Shown one piece after another: positions 49,733 to 59,342 of a stretch of 64,000 nt of DNA. The notes under the pieces were generated by a model, which was not told the origin of the DNA, ran no database searches, and saw only the letters and a program-made list of their open reading frames with translations. Numbering within the stretch: the stretch's first letter is position 1; every line of letters begins with the position of its first letter. The position numbers and the translations under genes are program-made. The stretch covers positions 1-64,000 of the forward strand of contig JBIJDH010000020.1 in assembly GCA_044344255.1 (NCBI GenBank), given 5' to 3'. The stretch is from Myxococcota bacterium (GTDB taxonomy: Bacteria; Myxococcota_A; UBA796; UBA2385).

Positions 49733-49780
49733 CCTGTCGCCGGTCCTGTCGCCGGTCCTGTCGCCGACCCTATCGCCCGC
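49733..49780. repeat. 12-bp tandem repeat x4 (CCTGTCGCCGGT-like) spanning the M2 peptidase stop codon
   Basis: cctgtcgccggt / cctgtcgccggt / cctgtcgccgac / cctatcgcccgc; stop cta at 49770-49772. Confidence 0.85.
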
Positions 49781-51554
49781 GCGCGTTCTCTTTCTTCAGC
49801 CAGGCGGTGAGCGGCGCATAATAGGCCACCATCGCGCGGGTGGAGAGGGGCTCGCCGGTGGCGTCGGAGATGACCTTCCGCCAGTCCTCGGTGGCCCCCT
49901 TCTCGAGGACGCCGCGGAGGAAGTCTCCCACGCGCTTGTCGCCGTAGTAGTTGCAGGAGTGCGGGTCTTCCCGGCGGATGTCCCGGCAGATGTGGTCGTG
50001 GAGCTGGTGCTTGACCACGGTGGCCACGGCGTAGTCGTAGTAGCCGGCCGGATCGTCGATGATGTGGGTCTTCGTGCAGGCGTCACAGGCGGTGGGGTCT
50101 GTCTTTCGGCCGGCGGGCGGCGTGATGCCCTGGTACTGCTCGACGAGCTCCCACCAGCGGGACTGCCACTGCTCGGGGGGGAGGTTCTTCTCGTAGAGCT
50201 CGGCCTCGAAGTGGGTCATCACCCCGGCTGACCAGGGGATGAAGACGACCGTGCGCTCGAGGGCGTCGGCGAGGAGGGCCTGCTGGGGATCGACCTTCTT
50301 CTTGGGGTCGAGGATGCCCACCTGCTGGAGATAGGGCACCTGCGCCGCCGCCAGGGTGATGAGCTCGCCCACCCCCTCGTGGAAGCCGCGGTTGGCCCCC
50401 TCGCGCAGCACCGGCGGGACCTCCTTTCGTGTGTAGGAGGTGTAATAGTAGATGTGGCCGAGCTCGTGGTGGCTCGTGAAGAACCACTCGCTGTTCGCCT
50501 CGACGCTCATCAGCGAGCGGATGTCGTGCTCGAGGTCCATATGCCAGGCGCTGGCGTGGGTGTTCTTCTTTCGAGGGTCCCCCGCGGGCACCGGATAGAG
50601 GTCACTCTTGTCCCAGAAGCTCTGCGGCAGCTTCGGGAAGCCGAGCGAGGTGTAGAAGGCCTCCGACTGCTGGACGACACGCTCCGGGGTCCAGGTGGCG
50701 AAGGCGGCGTCGAGGTCTGCCGCGGGCACCATCCCGCCCCACTCCTGGCCCCAGCGGTTCGGCAACCAAGAGGCGGGCAGCGGCCCCTTGGGCGGCGCGG
50801 TCTTGTACTTCGCGGCCAGCTTGCGGCCGGTCCAGATCTGCAGCTCTCGATAGAGCGGCGCCATATCGGTGACCAGGCCGTCGAGCAGGCCGAGCATCTC
50901 GGCGGTGCTCATCCCGTAGTCGGCCACCATCAGGTCAAAGTAGGAGGAGAAGCCCATCTCCCGGGCGATCTGGTTGCGCAGCGGCACGAGGGCGGCGAGC
51001 TCGGCCTTGAGCGGGCGACCGATCTCCTTGGAGGCCGTCCAGAGGCGCTCGCGCTCGGCGAGGTCTACGCTCTCGCGCAGCCCGCGGTCGATGTCGTTGA
51101 CGGTGACCGGGCTCGGGCAGCCGCCGTCGGCGGCGCGAGGGGCGGTGCAGAAGACGTAGCCGTTGAGCACGCTGGCGGCGTGGCTCTCGGCGGCGAGCCG
51201 GGCGCGCACCACGTCGGGGATCGAGCCCGGGCTATCGGCGGCGAGGAGGCGAATGGCCTCGAGCTGTTTGACCTGCAGCGGGCGGAGCTGGTCGCGCTGG
51301 GCGAGCAGCCGCAGGGTGGTGCGGATGACCTCGGGGTTGCCCTGGAAGGCGGCCTCGGCCTGCGCGGCGCCGGTGGAGAGGCCGTCGTTGTAGTCGCGCA
51401 CGTCGGTCGAGGAGGCCCAGGCCGCCTCCGCCGACACCGCGGCGACACCCTGGTACACCGAGTTGTAGAGGGTGAGGAAGGCCTCGGCCTCGTCAGCCGG
51501 GGCGGCGTGGGCGGGGCTGGACAGGAGGCGCAGGCAGAGGGCGAGGGTGAGCAT
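49770..51554 (-). CDS. M2 family peptidyl-dipeptidase (angiotensin-converting enzyme-like)
   Basis: Signal peptide; 'HASAW', 'HHELGHIYY', 'GANRGFHEGVGE', 'WW', 'KTHI'. Confidence 0.95.
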   Translation of the reverse strand: MLTLALCLRLLSSPAHAAPADEAEAFLTLYNSVYQGVAAVSAEAAWASSTDVRDYNDGLSTGAAQAEAAFQGNPEVIRTTLRLLAQRDQLRPLQVKQLEAIRLLAADSPGSIPDVVRARLAAESHAASVLNGYVFCTAPRAADGGCPSPVTVNDIDRGLRESVDLAERERLWTASKEIGRPLKAELAALVPLRNQIAREMGFSSYFDLMVADYGMSTAEMLGLLDGLVTDMAPLYRELQIWTGRKLAAKYKTAPPKGPLPASWLPNRWGQEWGGMVPAADLDAAFATWTPERVVQQSEAFYTSLGFPKLPQSFWDKSDLYPVPAGDPRKKNTHASAWHMDLEHDIRSLMSVEANSEWFFTSHHELGHIYYYTSYTRKEVPPVLREGANRGFHEGVGELITLAAAQVPYLQQVGILDPKKKVDPQQALLADALERTVVFIPWSAGVMTHFEAELYEKNLPPEQWQSRWWELVEQYQGITPPAGRKTDPTACDACTKTHIIDDPAGYYDYAVATVVKHQLHDHICRDIRREDPHSCNYYGDKRVGDFLRGVLEKGATEDWRKVISDATGEPLSTRAMVAYYAPLTAWLKKENARGR

Positions 51555-51599
51555 CTCCGAGCCTACTCCGCGCCGCGGCCGCGCGCCGCCCCGGGCGCC

Positions 51600-53588
51600 C
51601 TATCGGCGACGCGCGCCCGGCCGCGGGGGCGGAGGCGGCGTAGGAGGGAGGCCGATCTTGTAGACCTCGACCTCATAGCCGTTGGTGTCGAGCACGTAGA
51701 GGCGGCCGCGGCTCACGGCGATAGCGCCGAAGCCGGTCCACTTGCCGGTGCCGCCGCTCCCCTTCTGGCCCAGCGTGGCCAGGAGCTTCTGGTCCGGGTC
51801 AAAGACCTGCACCCGGCCGTTGCCGGTGTCGGCGACGTAGAGGTTGCCGTGCTCGTCGAGGGCGAGATGCGTGAACTGCCCGAGCTCGAACTGCCCGGGG
51901 CCCTCCCCCTTCGAGCCGAAGGTGCCCTGCACGGTCCCGTCGAGGCCGAGCAGGGTGATCCGCTCGTTGTTCGTGTCGGCGACATAGAGCCGGCCCCGCA
52001 GCTTGTCGAGGGCGATCCCCGCTGGCCAATTGAACTGCCCGGGCCCGGCGCCCTTCTGGCCCACCGACCAGACGGTGCTGCCGTCGAGCTTGAGGCGCAT
52101 CACCTTGTCTTCGTCTGAATTGCCAACGTAGATAGCACCGTCGTCGAGATCGACGACCAGGCCCCGCATCTTGGCGCTCTGCGGGAAGGCGGGGTTGCCG
52201 ACCCCGGAGACAAACTTGCCGTCGGCGGTGAGGCGCCGAATGACCCAGTCGGCCTGGAGACGCGGGTCATCGGGGTAGTGCATCACCTCGCGCAGCGTCC
52301 ACAGCATGCCGGCGGAGTCGAACCAGAGGGAGGCGGGGAAGAACTGGTCCTCCTTGCTCACCCACATCCCCGACCGCGGATCTGCGGCGAAGGTGGCGGG
52401 GAAGGGGCCGCCGTCGCGGTCGGTCTGCCCGTCGAGCCAGCCGTCGAAGGCCTGGATGAAGCGGCCGGTGGCGTCGAAGCGGCGCACGCGGTGGTCAAAC
52501 CAGTCGCCGACATAGACGTCGCCATTGACGGGGTTGACGGTCAGGGTCCGCGGGGTGTTGAGCACGCCGGCGTCCTTCTCGTGCCCGCCGAAGGAGCCCT
52601 TGAACTGGAGCTCCTTGTCGAAGCGGTCGATGCGGTTCGCGTAGGCGGCGGCGGCGTAGAGCTCTCCGGTCTTCGGGTTCACCTCGACGGCGCGGGGGTG
52701 GAAGGCGCCGTGCACGCGGTCATTCGGCCCCTGGAAGAAGGAGACGAAGTTGCCGTCCCGATCGAGCTTCTGGCCGCGCTCGTTGTCGGTGTCGGCCACA
52801 TAGATGAAGCCGGCGGCGTCGACGGAGACATCGCGGCACCAGCGGAATTCCCGCGGCGCGCTGCCCTGTCCGGCCCAGCGCGCGAGCTCTTTTCCGTTGA
52901 GGTCCAATTTGATCACCGCGCGGGTGCCGGGGTCAGAGATCACGAGGAAGTCGCCGCCGGGGTGCAGCGCGATCCCAAAGGCCTGATCGACCTTCACGGG
53001 GAACTCCCGCAGGCGCTGCCCGGTTTTGTCGAGCACCACCACCCGCTTGTTGCCGGAGTCGAGGACGTAGACGTCGCCGTTGCGGAAGTCGACCGAGACG
53101 TCGTGCGGCGTGTTGACCTCGCCGAGGCCGTTGCCGGGGCGGCCGGTGCCGTAGGTGACCAGCAGCGTGCCGTTGGGATCGTACTGCACCACCTGGTCGC
53201 CCTCCCACACCGCCACCCAGAGGTTGCCGGTGGTGGGGTCGACGTCGATGCCGAGCGACTGGTTGCGGTTCCACTGGGTGATGAAGGCGCCGTTGGCGTC
53301 GAACTTCTGGATGCGGTTGAAGAGGAGGTCATTGACATAGACCTCCCCCGTGGTCGGGTTGACCGTGATGCCCGAGGGGTAGTTGAAGGTGCCGGGGCCG
53401 CGGTCGATACGCTTGCCCATCCGCGCCTCGAGCTCGAAGGTCATCGGGGCGGCCTGGGCGGCCGGGCTCACGGCGAGCGCCAGCAGGCCGAGCACCGACC
53501 AGCGGGCGATCGAGGCGACGAGGCGGGGCGAGGGGGGCGAGGCGAGCGAGGCGGGCGAGGGCAAGGCGGACTCCAGGGCTGACCTCAT
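51600..53588 (-). CDS. Secreted NHL-repeat (double beta-propeller) protein
   Basis: Many 'G.GPGQFN.P.GIA.D..G.LYVADT.N.R' repeats; signal-like 'LLALAVSPAAQA'; start uncertain. Confidence 0.9.
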   Translation of the reverse strand: MRSALESALPSPASLASPPSPRLVASIARWSVLGLLALAVSPAAQAAPMTFELEARMGKRIDRGPGTFNYPSGITVNPTTGEVYVNDLLFNRIQKFDANGAFITQWNRNQSLGIDVDPTTGNLWVAVWEGDQVVQYDPNGTLLVTYGTGRPGNGLGEVNTPHDVSVDFRNGDVYVLDSGNKRVVVLDKTGQRLREFPVKVDQAFGIALHPGGDFLVISDPGTRAVIKLDLNGKELARWAGQGSAPREFRWCRDVSVDAAGFIYVADTDNERGQKLDRDGNFVSFFQGPNDRVHGAFHPRAVEVNPKTGELYAAAAYANRIDRFDKELQFKGSFGGHEKDAGVLNTPRTLTVNPVNGDVYVGDWFDHRVRRFDATGRFIQAFDGWLDGQTDRDGGPFPATFAADPRSGMWVSKEDQFFPASLWFDSAGMLWTLREVMHYPDDPRLQADWVIRRLTADGKFVSGVGNPAFPQSAKMRGLVVDLDDGAIYVGNSDEDKVMRLKLDGSTVWSVGQKGAGPGQFNWPAGIALDKLRGRLYVADTNNERITLLGLDGTVQGTFGSKGEGPGQFELGQFTHLALDEHGNLYVADTGNGRVQVFDPDQKLLATLGQKGSGGTGKWTGFGAIAVSRGRLYVLDTNGYEVEVYKIGLPPTPPPPPRPGARRR

Positions 53589-53665
53589 GCTGACGGGTGC
53601 GCCCGATGAGCGCAATTTCGGTGACTCGATCTCTCGACCCCCTGACCCGCCAGCACCTCGGTCCC

Positions 53666-53681
53666 GTGCACTATCATGCAC
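53666..53681. promoter_or_regulatory. BzdR/BoxR-type operator GTGCA-CTATCA-TGCAC
   Basis: TGCA-N6-TGCA with flanking palindromic G/C, directly upstream of the regulator gene. Confidence 0.65.
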
Positions 53682-53684
53682 CCG

Positions 53685-54428
53685 ATGCCCGATCCCCTCC
53701 TCAGCGCCCTCGGAGACCGCCTGCGCGAGCGCCGCACCGCGCTCGGCCTCACCCAGGCCGCGCTCTCCCGCCGCGCCGGCGTCTCCCCGCGCTTCCTCGT
53801 CCAGCTCGAGGCCGGCCTCGGCAACATCAGCGTCTCTCGCCTCGCCGAGGTGTGCACCGCGCTGAGCCTCCCCTTGGACCAGCTCTTTCGTGGCCTCAGC
53901 CCCGGCGGGCCGCGGCGGGTGGCCCTCGTCGGCCTGCGGGGGGCGGGCAAGACCACCGTGGGGGCCGCCCTCGCCGAGCGCCTCGGCGTCGCCCTCATCG
54001 AGCTCGACCGCAGGGTCGAGGAGGCCGCAGGCATGCGCCTCGGCGAGATCTTCGAGATCCAAGGCGAGGCCGCCTACCGCGAGGCCGAGGCCCGGGTGCT
54101 CGACGCCCTGCTCCGCGCCCCCGGCACCGCCGTCATCGCCACCGGCGGCAGCATCGTGACCGCGCCCGCCACCTGGCGGCGCCTCCGCGAGGGGGCCCGC
54201 ACCGTCTGGCTCCGCGCCTCCCCCGCCGCCCACCTCGCCCGCGTCCAGGCCCAAGGAGACCTCCGCCCGATGCTCGGTCGACCGGCCGCCCTGCAAGAGC
54301 TCGAGGCCATCCTCGCCGCCCGCGCCCCCCTCTACGCCGAGGCCGACCTCACCCTCGACACCGAGGGCCGGAGCCCCGACAGCCTCGCCGAGCAGATCCT
54401 CAAGGGGGAGCTGGCCCGCGCGCCCTGA
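53685..54428 (+). CDS. XRE HTH-shikimate kinase-like regulator (BzdR/BoxR family)
   Basis: HTH 'LTQAALSRRAGVSPRFLVQLEAGLGNISV'; 'ALVGLRGAGKTTVG', 'IATGGSIV', 'WLRASP..HLARV..QGDLRPM'; alternative start 53676. Confidence 0.92.
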   Translation: MPDPLLSALGDRLRERRTALGLTQAALSRRAGVSPRFLVQLEAGLGNISVSRLAEVCTALSLPLDQLFRGLSPGGPRRVALVGLRGAGKTTVGAALAERLGVALIELDRRVEEAAGMRLGEIFEIQGEAAYREAEARVLDALLRAPGTAVIATGGSIVTAPATWRRLREGARTVWLRASPAAHLARVQAQGDLRPMLGRPAALQELEAILAARAPLYAEADLTLDTEGRSPDSLAEQILKGELARAP

Positions 54429-54462
54429 GGCGCCCGGACCTCCGAATGCCGCCCGCCTCGGA

Positions 54463-55275
54463 TCAGAAGAAGTCGGAGACGACCTCGGCGATCGAGGCCT
54501 GGAGGTCGGGGTCGTCGGTGAGGGTGCGCTCGAAGGCCGCCTCGGTGGCCGCCTTGGGGCTGATGCCCTCCGCGATCAAGCGGCCGGCGTGCACGAGGAG
54601 CCGCGTGCTCACGCCCTCTTCGAGGCCCCGCGAGGTGAGGTTGCGGATCTTGCCCCCCGCCTTGACGAGGCGGCGCGCCACGTCTTCCTCGACGCCCGCC
54701 TCGGCCATCACCACCTTGATCTCGATGTCGGGGGGCGGGTAGCCGAAGTCGAGCGAGACGAAGCGCTGGCGGGTCGACTGCTTCAGCTCCTTCAGCACCG
54801 ACTGGTAGCCGGGGTTGTAGCTCACCACCAACATGAAGCTGGCCGGCGCCTTGATCACCGCGGCCAGCTTCTCGATGGTGAGCACGCGCCGGTGGTCGGT
54901 GAGGGGGTGGATGACCACCAGGGTGTCCTTGCGGGCCTCCACCACCTCGTCCAGGTAGAGGATCGCGCCGTGGCGCACCGCCGCGGTGAGCGGGCCGTCT
55001 ACCCAGAGGGTTTCGTCGCCCTGGAGCAGGTACCGCCCCACGAGGTCGCTCGCGGTGAGGTCTTCGTGGCAGGCGACCGTCACCAGCGGGCGCCCCAGGC
55101 GGTGGGCCATGTAGGAGACGAAGCGGGTCTTGCCGCTGCCGGTGGGCCCCTTGAGGATCACGGGGATGCAGGCGCGGTGGGCCTTCTCAAAGAGATCGAC
55201 CTCCCCACCCGTGGGCAGGTAGAAGGGGGCCTCTTCGACCTTGAAATCTTCGACGGGCGGAGTGAGCTGGCGCAT
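54463..55275 (-). CDS. CbbQ/NirQ/NorQ family AAA+ ATPase (MoxR clade)
   Basis: '[12 protein letters not shown]', '[15 protein letters not shown]', 'DGPLT', '[11 protein letters not shown]', 'SYNPGYQ', 'KQSTRQRF', 'STRLL'. Confidence 0.96.
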   Translation of the reverse strand: MRQLTPPVEDFKVEEAPFYLPTGGEVDLFEKAHRACIPVILKGPTGSGKTRFVSYMAHRLGRPLVTVACHEDLTASDLVGRYLLQGDETLWVDGPLTAAVRHGAILYLDEVVEARKDTLVVIHPLTDHRRVLTIEKLAAVIKAPASFMLVVSYNPGYQSVLKELKQSTRQRFVSLDFGYPPPDIEIKVVMAEAGVEEDVARRLVKAGGKIRNLTSRGLEEGVSTRLLVHAGRLIAEGISPKAATEAAFERTLTDDPDLQASIAEVVSDFF

Positions 55276-55305
55276 CCGGGCCCGCTAACCGATTAGGTTG
55301 GCGCG

Positions 55306-56568
55306 ATGAGCTCTGCGGACACCCTGAACGACCTCATCGCGACCCACCACCCCGCCGCGGCGCGCTGCTTGTCCTCGCTGGGCCGGCAGATCTACTACCC
55401 GAGCGGGGTCCCGGCGCAGGCCGCGCAGGCCGCGGGCACCCGCATCAACGCCACCATCGGGCAGGTCACCGACGGGCGGGGCCACGCGATGCCCCTCGCC
55501 GCGCTCCAGGCGGTCGTGGGCGGCGGGATCGCCCCGAACGCGGCCTTCCTCTATCCCCCGGCCAGCGGCTACCCCGGCCTCCGCCGCGCCTGGCGCGACC
55601 ACCAGCGGCACCCCCGGCCGGCCGCCGTCAGCCTGCCGCTCGTGACCGGGGGCCTGACCCACTCCCTCTCCCTCATCGCAGACCTCTTCGCTGACCCCGG
55701 CACGCCGGTCCTCGTCCCTTCGCCCCGCTGGGACAACTACGACCACATCTTCGGCCTCCGCCGCGGCGCCCGCATGACGCCCTATCGGCTGATGCACCCC
55801 GACGGCGGGCTCGACCTCGGGGCCATCGAGGCCGCGCTCCGGTCGGTGGCCGGCCGCCCCGCCGTGCTCGTGTTGAACCTGCCGAGCAACCCCGTGGGCT
55901 ACAGCCCCACCCTCGCCGAGGCCGCAGCGCTGGCCGAGATCGTACGCGCGGCGGCCGGCCCCCTCGTGGTCGCCCTCGACGACGCCTACGCCGGCCTCAC
56001 CTGGGAGGAGGGCATCCTCGAGCGCAGCCTCTTCCATGACCTCGTCGACGCCGATCCCGAGCGCATCCTCGCCGTGAAGGTAGACGGCGCCACGAAGGAG
56101 CTCTTCTTCTTCAGCGGGCGGGTGGCCTTCCTCACCTTCGGGGTGGGCGGTCTCGCCGGGGAAGCCCTCGAGGAGAAGGCCCGGGCCACGCTGCGGGCCA
56201 CGGTCTCCTCCCCCTCCGGGCTCTCCCAGGCCGTGGTGGAGGCCGCCCTCGCCGACCCTGACCTCCCCCGCCAGCAGGCCGAGCTGCGGGCCATGCTCGG
56301 TCGCCGCTATCGGCTCTTCCGCGACGCCCTGCAGCGGCGGGGCCTCGCCGCCTGGCCCTTCAACAGCGCCTACTTCGCCCTGCTCCCCGTCCCGGGTGAC
56401 GCCCATGCGCTGCGCCACCGCCTGATCGCGGCGGGCATCGGGGTGGTGGCCACCCCCGAGGTGGGCGCGATCCGGCTCAGCTATGCGAGCACGCACGAAG
56501 ACGACATCGAAGAGCTGGTCACCACCATCGCCGACCACCTGGAGCGAGCCCCGGAGGCGGCCAGATGA
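55306..56568 (+). CDS. Class I/II PLP-dependent aminotransferase
   Basis: 'NATIG', 'WDNY', 'NLPSNPVGYSP', 'DDAY', 'KVDGATKE', 'FNSAYF'. Confidence 0.9.
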   Translation: MSSADTLNDLIATHHPAAARCLSSLGRQIYYPSGVPAQAAQAAGTRINATIGQVTDGRGHAMPLAALQAVVGGGIAPNAAFLYPPASGYPGLRRAWRDHQRHPRPAAVSLPLVTGGLTHSLSLIADLFADPGTPVLVPSPRWDNYDHIFGLRRGARMTPYRLMHPDGGLDLGAIEAALRSVAGRPAVLVLNLPSNPVGYSPTLAEAAALAEIVRAAAGPLVVALDDAYAGLTWEEGILERSLFHDLVDADPERILAVKVDGATKELFFFSGRVAFLTFGVGGLAGEALEEKARATLRATVSSPSGLSQAVVEAALADPDLPRQQAELRAMLGRRYRLFRDALQRRGLAAWPFNSAYFALLPVPGDAHALRHRLIAAGIGVVATPEVGAIRLSYASTHEDDIEELVTTIADHLERAPEAAR

Positions 56569-57371
56569 GCCGTCGGGGGCGCTCGGCGCAGATCGCCCTG
56601 ATCGCGCTCCTCACCCTGAGCGCCTGCATCGACCGCTGGCTGGAGGCCCCCTTCGTGCTGGCCACCGGCATGGGGGAGGCCCGCTCGCTGCACCCCACGC
56701 TCCATGAGGGCATGTGGGTGGCGAGCGACGAGGGCCTCTTCGAGGTGAACGGCAACGGGGTGACCACCCCTCACCTCCGCACCCCGGTGAGCGTGGTGGC
56801 CGGGACGCCGGAGCGGCTCTTCATCGTCGATGCGAGCGGGCTGCACTGGGGCCCCCCGCCCGCGCCGGGCGCCCCCTTCCAAGCGGACGGCGGCGTCACC
56901 CGCACTGACGTGCATGACCTCCTCGGCTGGACAGACGGCAACCTGCTCCTGGCCATCGGCGAAGAGGTGCGGCTCTTCGACGCCCGCTCCGGCACGGCCG
57001 CCCCCTACGCCACCGGCCTCGGCGCCGTCCGCGCGCTGGCCCTCGGCCCCACCGAGGGCGGCCCCTCCGCGCTCGCGGTCACCGAGGATCGCCTCTGGCT
57101 CCTGCGCGGTGGCGAACGAACGCTCCTGGCGAGCGGGCTCGTAGACGCCCAGGCCGCCGCCACCGATCCCTGGGGGCGCGTCTGGATCCTCCAGGGGGCG
57201 CCGCGCGAGATCGATCGGGTGGAGGGCCAGGAGCTCCGCCGCTTCGCGACCTCGGTCGGCGACTGCACCGACCTTCACTTTGGCGCGACCGGCCTCTTCC
57301 CGGCGGAGAACCTCTACCTCACCGCCCGGGACGGCACCCTGAACTACGTGCGGGTGCCCTCACCGGGCTGA
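56565..57371 (+). CDS. Hypothetical lipoprotein, beta-propeller-like
   Basis: Lipobox 'LSAC'; 4-bp overlap with the aminotransferase. Confidence 0.7.
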   Translation: MSRRGRSAQIALIALLTLSACIDRWLEAPFVLATGMGEARSLHPTLHEGMWVASDEGLFEVNGNGVTTPHLRTPVSVVAGTPERLFIVDASGLHWGPPPAPGAPFQADGGVTRTDVHDLLGWTDGNLLLAIGEEVRLFDARSGTAAPYATGLGAVRALALGPTEGGPSALAVTEDRLWLLRGGERTLLASGLVDAQAAATDPWGRVWILQGAPREIDRVEGQELRRFATSVGDCTDLHFGATGLFPAENLYLTARDGTLNYVRVPSPG

Positions 57372-57386
57372 TCGAGGGGGGAGGCC

Positions 57387-57863
57387 TCAGCTCCGACGAC
57401 GCCGGGCGCCGAGGGCGGCGAGGCTGACGATCACGCCCGCGAAGGCGAGCTCGGAGCCAGGGACGGTGCTGCAGCTCTTGCCGCCGCCGCCGCCCTTCCA
57501 GTTGGTGAGGCCGTCTTCGTTGATGGGGTCGAGCGGGCCCGTGTCGGTCGGCATCTCGGGCGACTCGGGCACGGTGGGGTCCGCGTCGGCGTCACCGTCG
57601 GCGTCGGCGTCGGCGTCACCATCGGCGTCACCATCGGCGTCCGCGTCCGAATCGGCGTCCGTGTCGGCGTCAGCGTCGGTGTCCGTGTCGGTGTCCGAGT
57701 CCGCGTCCGTATCGGCGTCCCCGCCGCCGGTGTCTCCGGTGCCCGTGTCCACCGCGCCGGTGTCGGGCGGGCTGATGATCAGCTTGGCGCCGCCGCTCCG
57801 CGCAACGGCCGTGCCGGCGATGAGGAGCAGGAGGAGGGCGGAGAGGAGGGCGCGGACCTTCAT
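57387..57863 (-). CDS. Small surface protein with D(A/T/S) dipeptide repeats and MYXO-CTERM-like sorting tail
   Basis: Start moved to MKVRAL; signal peptide; 'DADTDADSDTDTDTDADAD...'; tail 'GGGGKSCSTVPG...VSLAALGARRRRS'. Confidence 0.85.
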   Translation of the reverse strand: MKVRALLSALLLLLIAGTAVARSGGAKLIISPPDTGAVDTGTGDTGGGDADTDADSDTDTDTDADADTDADSDADADGDADGDADADADGDADADPTVPESPEMPTDTGPLDPINEDGLTNWKGGGGGKSCSTVPGSELAFAGVIVSLAALGARRRRS

Positions 57864-57912
57864 GGCGGGGCCTCGGATGGCCATCGTGGCCAGACGGGAT
57901 GGGCAGATGTGC

Positions 57913-57957
57913 GAGGGACCGATTCGGGAGGAACCGATTCGGGAGGAACCGATGTGC
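57913..57957. repeat. 15-bp tandem repeat x3 (GAGGAACCGATTCGG) in the divergent intergenic region
   Basis: gagggaccgattcgg / gaggaaccgattcgg / gaggaaccgatgtgc. Confidence 0.85.
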
Positions 57958-58092
57958 GGGCGTGCCGGGCGCAGGGAGGCCCAGCCGTCAACCGACGCAC
58001 TATAGACCGGCGGCGGCCTCCGCGCACCCCCCGCCTTGGCAGCCGGCCCCCTCTCCGATACCCTGCCGCGACCTTCCTGGTAGGGATGCCCG

Positions 58093-59301
58093 ATGTCACC
58101 GCGTTCGCCCTCGCCCGCCCCCTCGATGTCGGGAGTCCCCCGAATGTCTGCGCACCGATCGATGGGGTGGATGGCCACCGCCGTCGGCCTCAGCGCCCTC
58201 ACGAGCTGCGAGATCCCGCCCAAGTACATCGATCAGCCCGGGGTGGAGCAGGCGATCGCCAAGAAGAAGTACAAGACGGCCTGCAAGGGCCTCGAGATGA
58301 AAGGCGACGAGACCCGCCAGTTCGCCGCCTTCAAGATCTCGACGATGGTGAAGGACCCCATCGGCCACGACTGCCTCTGCGCCAACCTCGCCGACGAGAA
58401 GACCGGCTGGGACCGCGCCATCGTCGCTGGCCTCAAGCAGGACGAGAAGCCGAAGGACGCCCTCGTGGGCTGCTTCGCAGACCTCGTGACCGGCACGAAC
58501 ATCCCCGAGCGCCTCGAGGCCACCCAGCTCCTGCGCGGCTTCCAGACGGACAGCAGTCGGGCGGCGATGGTCAAGCTGTCGAACGACAACACGGTCGACC
58601 CCGCGGTGCGCTCCGAGGCGATCAAGGGCATCTCCGGCAAGGACAACAAGCCCCTGCTGCTCACCCTCCTCGCCGGGGAGAAGGACGCCGCGGTGCGGGC
58701 CGCCGCCGCCCTCCGGCTGAGCGGCCTCAAGGACGACGACGTCGTCGCCGCGCTCACCAAGGCCCTCCACGAAGACAGCGACGGCGTCGTGCGCGGCACG
58801 GCGATGCTGTCCCTCGGCCAGTCCGGCGTGGTCGACATCACCACCCTCGCCTGCAAGGCGATGATGGAGGACGCTGACCCCGTCGTCCGTCGCCTCGCCG
58901 TCGCCTCGCTGCACGGCGCGCGCAAGGACGAGGCCATCGCCTGCCTCAAGCAGCGCACGATGACCGAGGAGACCGACGCCGAGGTGCGCCAGGCCCTGCT
59001 CGACACGCTGGGCAGCTCGCCGAACGACGGCGCCGCGCTCATCCTCTGCGAGGCCATCCCCTTCTGGCTCAAGACCTACGTCGTGACCGAGCTCCCCGAG
59101 AAGCTGCCGGGCACCTCGATCATCGAGGCCCAGAACCGCCGGGATCACGCGCGCAGCTACGCCTGCGTCGAGAAGGCCTACAAGAGCCAGTCCGGCTACT
59201 CCTGCTTCGCCAAGCTCTACGTCGGCTGGTGGTACAACGAGGTGGGCGGCCCCAACGCGCGCCTCCCGGAGTGCCCGGGCTACCCCGCCCCGCCGAAGTA
59301 G
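58093..59301 (+). CDS. HEAT-repeat lipoprotein (true start may be a downstream Met)
   Basis: Lipobox 'LTSC'; repeats 'D.AVRA.AA..L', 'DGVVRGTAM.SLG', 'DPVVRRLAV', 'DAEVRQA'. Confidence 0.85.
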   Translation: MSPRSPSPAPSMSGVPRMSAHRSMGWMATAVGLSALTSCEIPPKYIDQPGVEQAIAKKKYKTACKGLEMKGDETRQFAAFKISTMVKDPIGHDCLCANLADEKTGWDRAIVAGLKQDEKPKDALVGCFADLVTGTNIPERLEATQLLRGFQTDSSRAAMVKLSNDNTVDPAVRSEAIKGISGKDNKPLLLTLLAGEKDAAVRAAAALRLSGLKDDDVVAALTKALHEDSDGVVRGTAMLSLGQSGVVDITTLACKAMMEDADPVVRRLAVASLHGARKDEAIACLKQRTMTEETDAEVRQALLDTLGSSPNDGAALILCEAIPFWLKTYVVTELPEKLPGTSIIEAQNRRDHARSYACVEKAYKSQSGYSCFAKLYVGWWYNEVGGPNARLPECPGYPAPPK

Positions 59302-59342
59302 GCGGTCACGCGGACTCAAGACGACTGAACCGGAGGTAGAAC

